Positions 1-6,785 of a DNA stretch of 64,000 nucleotides are shown piece by piece. The stretch is from the IMG/VR virus record IMGVR_UViG_3300037149_000105, positions 83,411 to 147,410 of that record. One strand, given 5' to 3'. This DNA is from a virus. The notes under the pieces were generated by a model, which worked only from the letters and a program-made list of their open reading frames with translations, did not search any database and had not been told where the DNA came from. How positions within the stretch are numbered: position 1 is the first letter of the stretch; every line of letters starts with the position of its first letter. The translations under genes and the position numbers were made by a program.

Positions 1-128
1 CTAAGGCAAGTCCTCGATCACAGTTGTCTGATACCTGTGCAGAGGTCACGAAGAAACAGACTAAGCGTGTGAATAAGGCACTTCAATAGATTTCTTGGAC
101 GGGGATTCGATTTCCCCCACCTCCTCCA
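1..128 (+). ncRNA. ssrA: tmRNA, 3' portion (5' part outside window)
   Basis: CTAAGCGTGTGAA segment followed by GGACGGGGATTCGATTTCCCCCACCTCC-TCCA, the T-arm/acceptor 3' end typical of tmRNA; no D or anticodon arm upstream. Confidence 0.75.
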
Positions 129-203
129 ATGAGTTCGATTCCTACTCTAACTAAGGAAATAGACTACCCAAATCTAAATTAAAGGTTTGACTCAGGAGTA
201 GAG

Positions 204-881
204 ATGATAGCTAATGTTTTATGGGGAATTACCCCTACAGAATTTAAAAAATTAGTTGCTAGTTCTTCTTCTTTTGCAGGTATTCTGCGTTATTTCAAAC
301 TTGCGGATAGCAAGGCTAATCGAAGAGCACTCTACATGCGAATGGGTGAATTGCAATGCAATATTTCCCATTTCACCCTTCGGAAAAGGGTAAAATCACC
401 ATCTTTACCAAACTTCGAAATTTTTTGTGAGCATTCGCCTCTTAGTCGAAAGAATGTAAAAATGAGAATACTTCGTGATAACTTGCTTCCTTATGTTTGT
501 AAATGTGGAAACTCAGGCAATTGGGAAGGAAAAAAGCTCGTGCTCCAACTAGAGCATAAAAATGGAATAGGGGACGATAATCGTCTTAATAATTTGGAAT
601 TCATATGTCCTAATTGCCATAGTCAAACTGCCACATTTGCAGGAAGACAAAATGCCCTAAATAACCCCCCCGTTCATAACCATCATGAGCGATGGAATCA
701 ACGAAAATTAAAATGGCCCACAAAAGAAGAACTAGAGTATCTTGTTTGGAGTAAGCCAACAACTGAGTTAGCCAAAGAGTTCGAAGTTAGTGACTCAGCA
801 ATCAGTAGGTGGTGCCGCTGCTACTCCATTAAAAAACCCGGACGAGGGTATTGGACAGCGAAAAAACCCATCTCTCCGTAG
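204..881 (+). CDS. HNH homing endonuclease with C-terminal HTH
   Basis: CKC...LQLEHKNG..DNRLNNLEFICPNCHSQT; C-terminal TTELAKEFEVSDSAISRWC HTH; low GC. Confidence 0.9.
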   Translation: MIANVLWGITPTEFKKLVASSSSFAGILRYFKLADSKANRRALYMRMGELQCNISHFTLRKRVKSPSLPNFEIFCEHSPLSRKNVKMRILRDNLLPYVCKCGNSGNWEGKKLVLQLEHKNGIGDDNRLNNLEFICPNCHSQTATFAGRQNALNNPPVHNHHERWNQRKLKWPTKEELEYLVWSKPTTELAKEFEVSDSAISRWCRCYSIKKPGRGYWTAKKPISP

Positions 882-948
882 ATTAACTGGACAAATCACT
901 GGTCTCCGAAACCAGAGAGTGCCAATTCGAGTTTGGTCGGAGAGACCA
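872..948 (+). tRNA. tRNA-Arg(CCG)
   Basis: acceptor CTCTCCG/CGGAGAG-A-CCA; anticodon arm CTGGT-CTCCGAA-ACCAG; T arm GCCAA-TTCGAGT-TTGGT. Confidence 0.9.
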
Positions 949-1012
949 TCTGACATTCATCTACCAAGTGTAGAAGGAAATCGGGAGGCGCTATGCGACT
1001 CCTCGTAAAATT

Positions 1013-1108
1013 TAGACATGTGCAGCAATCAAAAACCTCGTATGCAGACATGGCTTCGTGCCCCTGCAAAAAAGTTTCGGCGTTCTGTAAAAACGTCAAA
1101 CGTGTCTA
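1013..1108 (+). ncRNA. unassigned CAGCAA-stem RNA with tRNA-Tyr-like anticodon hairpin
   Basis: 9-bp terminal stem TAGACATGT/ACGTGTCTA, GCAGCAATC, hairpin GGCGTT-CTGTAAA-AACGTC; related copy at 11425-11474. Confidence 0.55.
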
Positions 1109-1150
1109 GCTTTTTAAAACTTCCGTTTCCTCTTTTGAATGGAGGGTAAC

Positions 1151-1495
1151 ATGCTTAGTGATGCTATTGATGATCATCAGAATATTCGAGACAGATTGGT
1201 CAAGTTCATAAGTAAAGAGCCCTTCAATGCTATGGACTTGTTCTCCGTTCGAAGAGACTATAACTGTGATCTGGGCTCCTGGCTTTGGAAGCATCGAAAT
1301 GCGGAAATAGCCGACAAAAAAGAGTATCAGGAACTCGTGGGGATTCATCATAATTTTCATGAGATTGCTTATAAAGCTCTAATGCTGGGATCTGATAATA
1401 AACCAGAAGAGGCTTTCGCGGTTTTGGTTGGCCCCTACGCAGTAATAGAGAAGCAACTGATCGAAGCTATCGTCAACCTTGGAGATGTCGAATGA
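1151..1495 (+). CDS. stand-alone CZB (chemoreceptor zinc-binding) domain protein
   Basis: DDH...DYNCDLGSWL...YQELVGIHHNFH gives the His/Cys/His/His CZB pattern; GGAGG RBS before ATG 1151. Confidence 0.75.
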   Translation: MLSDAIDDHQNIRDRLVKFISKEPFNAMDLFSVRRDYNCDLGSWLWKHRNAEIADKKEYQELVGIHHNFHEIAYKALMLGSDNKPEEAFAVLVGPYAVIEKQLIEAIVNLGDVE

Positions 1496-2076
1496 AGAAA
1501 CAAATGCATTATTCCCTTGGCCTCTACCCTCTGCGGAGTAGTGGCTATCGGGCTTTCGTCGGCTTCCGCCCCGTGTGGAGGTTCTGGGGCCATTGGATCA
1601 ACCCACAGACCTATTGGAGAGCCGTCAAATACTTCTGTCAGCGTGGCTACAGGGGATACGCAGATTGCGATCACTGGGACATGGATAGCTACCTCGAAAA
1701 CGTGATGTTGGGTCTGTTCCGCGATCTCAAGAAGCATACGCAAGGCTACCCAAGCGGTATGGGTGATCGGATCATTGACACGGAAGGAACTGATACTGGT
1801 TTCGAAAAATGGCAGGCTACCCTCACCGAGATCATTGAAGGTCTGGAAGCTTCCCAGGAACTCAAAGATGAGTTTACGGTTCCGGAGGGAACCTATAGCA
1901 AGGAGCCTATCTATTGGGAGCCGGTCGAGGGCCATGAGGATTGCTTTCGAATGAAGGAAACTGAGACTCCTCGTTTCAATAAGGAGCTTCACGATCAATG
2001 GTCTGCTCCGTTGAAAAGGAAGTGCCTGAGAGCTAAGACTTTAATGGCTCGTTATTGGGGTTGCTTCTGGGACTAA
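1492..2076 (+). CDS. hypothetical phage protein
   Basis: 194-aa ORF, ATGA overlap with upstream gene. Confidence 0.8.
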   Translation: MKKQMHYSLGLYPLRSSGYRAFVGFRPVWRFWGHWINPQTYWRAVKYFCQRGYRGYADCDHWDMDSYLENVMLGLFRDLKKHTQGYPSGMGDRIIDTEGTDTGFEKWQATLTEIIEGLEASQELKDEFTVPEGTYSKEPIYWEPVEGHEDCFRMKETETPRFNKELHDQWSAPLKRKCLRAKTLMARYWGCFWD

Positions 2077-2081
2077 AAACA

Positions 2082-2166
2082 CCCCGAATGGCGGAAGTGG
2101 CGAGACGCGCGAGACTTAAAATCTCGCATCCGTAAGGGTATGAGGGTTCGAATCCCTCTTCGGGGA
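2082..2166 (+). tRNA. tRNA-Leu(TAA), no encoded CCA
   Basis: CCCCGAA/TTCGGGG-A acceptor; CGAGA-CTTAAAA-TCTCG anticodon arm; long variable arm; GGTTCGAATCC T arm. Confidence 0.92.
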
Positions 2167-2790
2167 CAGGTGATGCCTAATAGCATTATCAGACACTCCT
2201 AATTCTCTGGCTAACACAGAAAAGTTGGAAGTAGCAAGACGCGCAAGTAGTTCTTCATGCGAAGGCCACTCTATTTTTGTCGGTTGTGGTTTTATAGACT
2301 TCTTTTCTTTAGGAGGGGAGGGTGACTTTGAGATATTTTTACCTCGATAGGTATCAGTTTGTGCATGGCAATTAGGGCAAATTACTCTAAGATTACTTAG
2401 GGTATTATCCATATGATTACCATTGATATGGTCCAATTCTAGGGGGATCGAGAGCTTGTTCCATTTAACTAACCCACATATACCACATTGTTTTATGAAT
2501 ACCCCCTCTGAAAAGAGCTTTTGTTTCAGTTTTGCTGATTGAATAGGGAAGCGGTTGTTTAAATAATCATCCAGGTCTCGTCTTGGCGGGAGTTTCACCC
2601 CTTTGCTCCAGCTTTTCCCCACAAAGTGCTTAGTGCTAACTGGCCATTTTTTGAGCGTTTGATAAAATTGCCGGTAGTTTCCTCCCTCAGCAACAATGTT
2701 GAGTTTGGTTAACACCTCCCGCACACAAGTGGAGCCTAACACTGCTTCTTTGAAAATTTCCTCAGTATAAGTTCGTTCAATCCGTTTCAT
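2116..2790 (-). CDS. HNH homing endonuclease (paralog of 204..881)
   Basis: CGIC...LELDHINGNHMDNTLSNLRVICPNCHAQT; C-terminal KIEWPS.EEL..HTH. Confidence 0.9.
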   Translation of the reverse strand: MKRIERTYTEEIFKEAVLGSTCVREVLTKLNIVAEGGNYRQFYQTLKKWPVSTKHFVGKSWSKGVKLPPRRDLDDYLNNRFPIQSAKLKQKLFSEGVFIKQCGICGLVKWNKLSIPLELDHINGNHMDNTLSNLRVICPNCHAQTDTYRGKNISKSPSPPKEKKSIKPQPTKIEWPSHEELLARLATSNFSVLARELGVSDNAIRHHLSPKRDSNPHTLTDARF

Positions 2791-2830
2791 TGGCAGCCTC
2801 TAAAGAAGGGCTGCATATTCCATTTCCTCC

Positions 2831-2918
2831 GGAAGATCGGTGTAGTTGGAGGGGCACACTAGTCTTGAAAACTAGGGTCCGAAAGGGCCAGCGGGTTCGA
2901 ATCCCACATCTTCCGCCA
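2831..2918 (+). tRNA. tRNA-Ser(TGA)
   Basis: GGAAGAT/ATCTTCC-G-CCA; CTAGT-CTTGAAA-ACTAG; long variable arm. Confidence 0.92.
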
Positions 2919-2919
2919 T

Positions 2920-2993
2920 GCCAATGTAGTTCAGTGGTAGAACCCGAGCCTTGTAAACTCGCCACGACAGTTCGATTCTGTCCCTTGGCTCCA
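2920..2993 (+). tRNA. tRNA-Thr(TGT)
   Basis: GCCAATG/CCTTGGC-T-CCA; D arm GTTCAGTGGTAGAAC; loop CTTGTAA. Confidence 0.88.
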
Positions 2994-3056
2994 ACACCCC
3001 CTTTCTCTGCTTTACCCTTACCTGATAGCAGAGCAGGTTCGCCTTAAGGAGGCAAT

Positions 3057-3968
3057 GTGATTATGCACAACAACAACACCGTAGTATCCCTTTACGCCCT
3101 GAATGGTAGCCGAAAGACCCCGCTCAGAGAATACGATCACAAGCGTGGGGTTCTTGAATCTGAAGTTAGGGTTCCATTGAAATTTGATTCTGAGTATGGA
3201 ATCGGTTTCAAGTTTCAGGACATCGGTCGTCGTCGCCTTGAACTCTGGATTGACGGAGCGATGGTGACGGACAATCTCATTCTCGATGGAGAGAGCTTCC
3301 TGGAGCGATTCATGGATTCTGACAAGAGATTCCGTTTCGTTGAAGCAAGCAATGCTGCCGTGGCTGATCCGACCAGTCCCTCCAATGGGGGAGTCATGGT
3401 GAAGCTATGGCGTGAACAGCCTGATCTCCAGATGTTCAAACTGGCCCCGGATTACGGCAAGCAGTGGCCGCAGCCCCCAGTAGCCCCTTGGCAGCCCTGG
3501 ACTCCTCCAGTAGTGTGGGGCCGCTCTGATTGCCCAGGAGATCCTTCGCGGTCCTTGGATGTCATGTGTGGGGGCGCTACGTCATCTTCCTCACCCTCCG
3601 GTCCTCAAGGTCCGGTTGGTCAGCAAGGAGCCGTTGGAGTGCGAGGAATTGGGTATGGTGACAACATCGGAGAGTGTAATCTCTTCTGTTCATCCGCTCA
3701 GTCTCCCAGCCTCGCTGATGGATTCTGTTCGACGGAGATGTCCAACCTATCCCTCTTCGATAAGCTGAAGGGAGCGACAGTTGAAGGATCCACCTCCAAG
3801 CAGACCTTCAATGATACGGTTTGGCTGGGTGACTTTGGTAGCCCCTTGGTTTTCAAGTTCCAGCTTCACGGAATCGAAGAAGCCACACCGGGCAATTTCT
3901 GCCCAGGTTGTGGGATTAAACGCAAGAATCCCACTAACTTCTGCCCCAATTGTGGAGCAAAGCAATAG
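3057..3968 (+). CDS. hypothetical protein with short Gly-X-Y stretch and C-terminal zinc ribbon
   Basis: AAGGAGG RBS; GPQGPVGQQGAVGVRG; CPGC...CPNC. Confidence 0.85.
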   Translation: MIMHNNNTVVSLYALNGSRKTPLREYDHKRGVLESEVRVPLKFDSEYGIGFKFQDIGRRRLELWIDGAMVTDNLILDGESFLERFMDSDKRFRFVEASNAAVADPTSPSNGGVMVKLWREQPDLQMFKLAPDYGKQWPQPPVAPWQPWTPPVVWGRSDCPGDPSRSLDVMCGGATSSSSPSGPQGPVGQQGAVGVRGIGYGDNIGECNLFCSSAQSPSLADGFCSTEMSNLSLFDKLKGATVEGSTSKQTFNDTVWLGDFGSPLVFKFQLHGIEEATPGNFCPGCGIKRKNPTNFCPNCGAKQ

Positions 3969-3978
3969 TGGACCGAAC

Positions 3979-4050
3979 CTTCAAAGTTACCCCACCCTAT
4001 GGTGGGTATCCCTACTGCTTCCATGGTTCAGCATAGGGCACTCTTTGAAG
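3979..4050 (+). ncRNA. putative three-way-junction RNA
   Basis: CTTCAAAG/CTTTGAAG closing stem enclosing CCACC-CTAT-GGTGG and CCCTA..TGCT/AGCA-TAGGG hairpins. Confidence 0.4.
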
Positions 4051-4052
4051 TA

Positions 4053-4122
4053 GCATGGGGACTATAATCCCGGTGGTAAAGCCTCCACAAGGGGCCTGGA
4101 CGGTTCGACTCCGCCCCATGCG
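4053..4122 (+). ncRNA. tRNA-like RNA with non-canonical D and anticodon arms
   Basis: GCATGG/CCATGC terminal stem plus GGTTCGACTCC T arm; GCCTC-CACAA-GGGGC hairpin with 5-nt loop. Confidence 0.5.
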
Positions 4123-4128
4123 ATTAAT

Positions 4129-4218
4129 GGAAGTGTAAGCAAAGCAGGCAAGCTAGACTGTCTCGAAAACAGTTGGCCGATTTTCGGCCTAGGCGTTCGA
4201 CCCGCCTCACTTCCGCCA
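4129..4218 (+). tRNA. tRNA-Ser(CGA)
   Basis: GGAAGTG/CACTTCC-G-CCA; ACTGT-CTCGAAA-ACAGT; variable arm GGCCGA-TTT-TCGGCC. Confidence 0.9.
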
Positions 4219-4226
4219 TCATATTT

Positions 4227-4256
4227 GTGTGAGTCTTTAAAATAGACTAATGTCAA
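4227..4256 (+). repeat. 30-nt bulged-hairpin motif, copy 1 (degenerate)
   Basis: GTGT-GA-GTCTT-TAAAA-TAGAC-TAATG-TCAA. Confidence 0.6.
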
Positions 4257-4259
4257 ACT

Positions 4260-4335
4260 TGGACTGTAACTTCAGAGGCAGAAGGCTGCTTTTACACGGC
4301 AGAGGTCGAGATTTCGAAATTCTCCAGTCCAACCA
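4260..4335 (+). tRNA. tRNA-Val(TAC)
   Basis: TGGACTG/CAGTCCA-A-CCA; CTGCT-TTTACAC-GGCAG. Confidence 0.88.
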
Positions 4336-4378
4336 ATCCTCATCTTTCCGAACTACCGAGTATTATCATTGTAGGACA

Positions 4379-4408
4379 GTGTGAGTCTGAAACCCAGACT
4401 GACGACAC
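4379..4408 (+). repeat. 30-nt bulged-hairpin motif, copy 2
   Basis: GTGT-GA-GTCTG-AAACC-CAGAC-TGACG-ACAC. Confidence 0.7.
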
Positions 4409-4425
4409 ACACACACACACACACA
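4405..4425. repeat. (AC)10 dinucleotide microsatellite
   Basis: ACACACACACACACACACACA. Confidence 0.95.
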
Positions 4426-4480
4426 GGAAGCAGTTCATTGAAAATGGTCTCAGCAGTCCGACACACGCTTAGGCCACCAA

Positions 4481-4580
4481 GGGGAGAACGAGATTAGCTC
4501 ATGGAGAGCATCGGTTCTTTAGGCGTAGGGGATACCCTCACCACCGTGTGAAACGTTCGATTCGACTTCTCAGACTCCCC
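4481..4580 (+). ncRNA. tRNA-like RNA with extended acceptor stem and expanded anticodon loop
   Basis: GGGGAG/CTCCCC outer stem; TAGCTCATGGAGAGCA D arm; CGGT/ACCG stem enclosing AGGG-GATA-CCCT; GTTCGATTC T loop. Confidence 0.5.
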
Positions 4581-4601
4581 GATTATATGCCACAGTAGTA
4601 A

Positions 4602-4631
4602 GTGTGGGCCTACAAAATAGGCTAATGACAC
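4602..4631 (+). repeat. 30-nt bulged-hairpin motif, copy 3
   Basis: GTGT-GG-GCCTA-CAAAA-TAGGC-TAATG-ACAC. Confidence 0.75.
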
Positions 4632-4639
4632 GGTTAAGA

Positions 4640-4982
4640 GGTCTGAGTCGGTCACTGCCTTAGCCGGGGAACCGGATCCAGGTTCCCCGGATTTATACAA
4701 ATCGTTGAAGCCCCTCAAGGTCCTTGGGGCTCCGATATGGCGGCAACCAGATGAATGGTTGACAAAAGCAAGAGGCCGCTCTTCAAGGCAGAGCGAGTTC
4801 AGTTACGGCAACAACGGAGTCGATTCTCCATAGCGGGCTACCGCAAATCGCTTTGAAAGACTGAGCCCCCCGGCTCTCCGAAGACAGGAATCGTGAAACG
4901 GAGAGTGGAAGAAGTCCGAACCACTGGGGAGGAAAAGTTGCCGATGTGGGTAAGGTACGAAAGTATTGAATCCCACCCACCA
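4640..4982 (+). ncRNA. large multibranched structured RNA, family unassigned
   Basis: no credible ORF; many nested helices (see findings); ends in CCACCA, followed by an 11-bp hairpin at 4988-5016. Confidence 0.6.
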
Positions 4983-5034
4983 TGCACACGCCCCTGAACC
5001 AAACCTTCAGGGGCGTTCCATTTCAGGAGAGAAA

Positions 5035-5757
5035 ATGTTTGAGCCAAAAAAACTGAGTCCAGCGGAATTGTGCTTATGCCAGAACACCATCAGCCCCAAT
5101 ACATTCTACATGTTGGTTGGGGATGCGCTGGTATCTGGTAAACCCCTCTCGGTAGTTCGAATGGGGGATGGGGAACGAGCCCTCTATGACTACTGTCTGG
5201 GGAAACAGCTACCCAATATCATGGATGCGGATTGGATGCAACGACTCGGAGCCGATGGTATCGCAACGGATGAACTCCGGTATCGCCTGATTCGTGCCGC
5301 CACCCACTGCACCCACTTCGCTCCTTCCATTTCAGGAATTCAATTGGACAGTTTCGAACTCTACTCCCTATTCCCAGCCCGAGCCCGTTACGTTGATAAC
5401 TTTTTTGTCAACGCCTGGACGGAGGAGATGAAGATTCAACTTTTCAAAACTGCTGGCCATGTTCTCTTTATCCATCGGAACACTTCCACCGCAGATGCGA
5501 TGCAGATCAGAGCCAAATGGGGTCTAGGAGTCAAGGTGACCTATCTGAAGCTAGCTAGTTGGCGGGATTCGGAGTCAGTGATTGAGAAGGCCAAGAGCAT
5601 AGATGCTCCGCTAGTGCTGTTCAGTGCTGGTCCCGCTAGCAAATACATCGGTCCTGAAATTTCAACGAGTGGTTTGATTCCTCGTGTCACTTTGGATATC
5701 GGCAATGTGGCAGACTATTGGACCCTCACGAGTCTGAAAGATGTTCAAAGAATTTAA
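5035..5757 (+). CDS. GT-D fold-like glycosyltransferase domain protein
   Basis: LSVVRMGDGE near N-terminus and LFSAGPASK...TLDIGN near C-terminus; AGGAG RBS before ATG 5035. Confidence 0.6.
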   Translation: MFEPKKLSPAELCLCQNTISPNTFYMLVGDALVSGKPLSVVRMGDGERALYDYCLGKQLPNIMDADWMQRLGADGIATDELRYRLIRAATHCTHFAPSISGIQLDSFELYSLFPARARYVDNFFVNAWTEEMKIQLFKTAGHVLFIHRNTSTADAMQIRAKWGLGVKVTYLKLASWRDSESVIEKAKSIDAPLVLFSAGPASKYIGPEISTSGLIPRVTLDIGNVADYWTLTSLKDVQRI

Positions 5758-5763
5758 AAAATT

Positions 5764-5794
5764 GTATACGGATTTGCCAAAACTATGGTATAAT
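5764..5794 (+). promoter_or_regulatory. early-type promoter (GTATAC-N19-TATAAT)
   Basis: TGG-TATAAT -10 box; same layout as the other copies. Confidence 0.65.
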
Positions 5795-5805
5795 ATAGGT
5801 GTAGG

Positions 5806-6045
5806 GCAGATCATTGACAAGAAGCTCCAACGACGAGAGAACACAGAGGTAAGCCTCGTCGCTGTAGGGTTTGCAATCTAGCTTGGGGCATCGAAAGATG
5901 CGAACTTGATTCTTCGGAATCAACGGCACAACACAGGATGTGTTTCACCAAGCTTTATGTCGAGATTAGGGAAGCGCACCCAGAACGCTTCTTAACCAAA
6001 GTCCCGATACCACCCCAGTTGCATCCTCCACCTTCTAATGACTGC
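5806..6045 (+). ncRNA. stand-alone ~240-nt multibranched RNA
   Basis: between promoter 5764-5794 and terminator 6051-6077; paired ends; GAAA and C(TTCG)G tetraloop hairpins; no ORF. Confidence 0.65.
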
Positions 6046-6050
6046 GACAA

Positions 6051-6077
6051 GAGCCCCGAAAGGGGCTCAAGTTTTTT
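6051..6077 (+). terminator. intrinsic terminator
   Basis: GAGCCCC-GAAA-GGGGCTC followed by T6, between convergent units. Confidence 0.75.
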
Positions 6078-6675
6078 AATTTTCCAGTAAATCCGGATGA
6101 GTTTTTGTTAATCTGAGGTAGGCAGCGTGTTGTACAGGCCCTCCGTTAAACGCCGACACAACACTGGATGGGTTTCGCGCCTCTAAAATCACACGCCAGC
6201 CATCCCAACTGGCTATTCGTTTACCCCCAGAATCCTCAACTTTGCTGCAATGAGACAGCACTAGGGGTATCATGCGAAGCATATCAACCCCGGAGGAGAG
6301 TGGGTTCTCCTCCCCTGGGAACGCCTCAGCGTAAAGTTGCCTCAGTCTATCCCTCTTAGTCACAGTGTGATGCAACCCCATTCGCTCATCCCCCTTAATG
6401 AAATCTATCCAATCAGGAATGCTACCTATGTAGGTGGCTCCAAGCACATCGAGTCCGGTCTCCAAGTACTTGCTCATCGCTTCTTGACCCATTGTTAACC
6501 GATCACCCACATGAGTCTCTATTAGCTTCGGAGGGGTTCCAGGACCAGCCTTAATCTCTATTAATTTCCCATTTTTTATTCTTCGCCAATGAGCCCGATG
6601 ACCCATCAGGACCACATCCCTAGCGGATGCTTCTTTTAGCAATCTGGCTGCAAACTTGAATTTGAACCTGAACAT
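6076..6675 (-). CDS. putative BECR-fold (PBECR-like) ribonuclease domain protein
   Basis: GDERMGLHHTVTKR...IPLVL...RVIL....VVSAF resembles polyvalent-protein BECR nuclease domains. Confidence 0.4.
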   Translation of the reverse strand: MFRFKFKFAARLLKEASARDVVLMGHRAHWRRIKNGKLIEIKAGPGTPPKLIETHVGDRLTMGQEAMSKYLETGLDVLGATYIGSIPDWIDFIKGDERMGLHHTVTKRDRLRQLYAEAFPGEENPLSSGVDMLRMIPLVLSHCSKVEDSGGKRIASWDGWRVILEARNPSSVVSAFNGGPVQHAAYLRLTKTHPDLLEN

Positions 6676-6714
6676 CGTCGCCTCAACAAAGAGTTGCAGA
6701 TTCTGAAAATTTTT

Positions 6715-6745
6715 CTATACAAACCCCTTCGAAACAGGGTATACT
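6715..6745 (+). promoter_or_regulatory. early-type promoter
   Basis: CTATACAAA...GGTATACT. Confidence 0.7.
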
Positions 6746-6785
6746 AGTTAGGTAGGGGACGAAGAGCCCTTCAAAGGAGAAACAC

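Noticed and set aside
3590-3660. Collagen-like fibre protein
   Set aside because: Only about five Gly-X-Y triplets; too short for a triple helix
4379-4408. Hammerhead ribozyme (CTGACGA) or fluoride riboswitch (GCTAATGAC)
   Set aside because: Only one internal stem and no GAAA/UH junction; three copies have CTAATG; the fluoride aptamer 5' half is absent
4511-4547. Suppressor tRNA (TTA) or alternative genetic code
   Set aside because: No canonical 7-nt anticodon loop can be drawn; TAG, TGA and TAA all end coherent genes and very long ORFs are uninterrupted
4227-4631. 30-nt motif as CRISPR repeats
   Set aside because: Irregular spacing, divergent copies, tRNAs in between, a fourth copy 6 kb away, and no cas genes
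4602-4640. HDV-like theta ribozyme after tRNAs
   Set aside because: GGCTAATG resembles J4/2, but I could not build the P1/P1.1/P3 nested pseudoknot
4900-4945. RNase P RNA (GGAAGAAGTCCG / GAGGAAAAG)
   Set aside because: Imperfect match at the wrong end of the RNA, and no matching 3' P4 strand
2777-5047. Short ORFs overlapping tRNAs and structured RNAs (2790..3047, 4062..4256, 4494..4718, 4783..5047)
   Set aside because: They coincide with tRNA/ncRNA sequence and lack start signals
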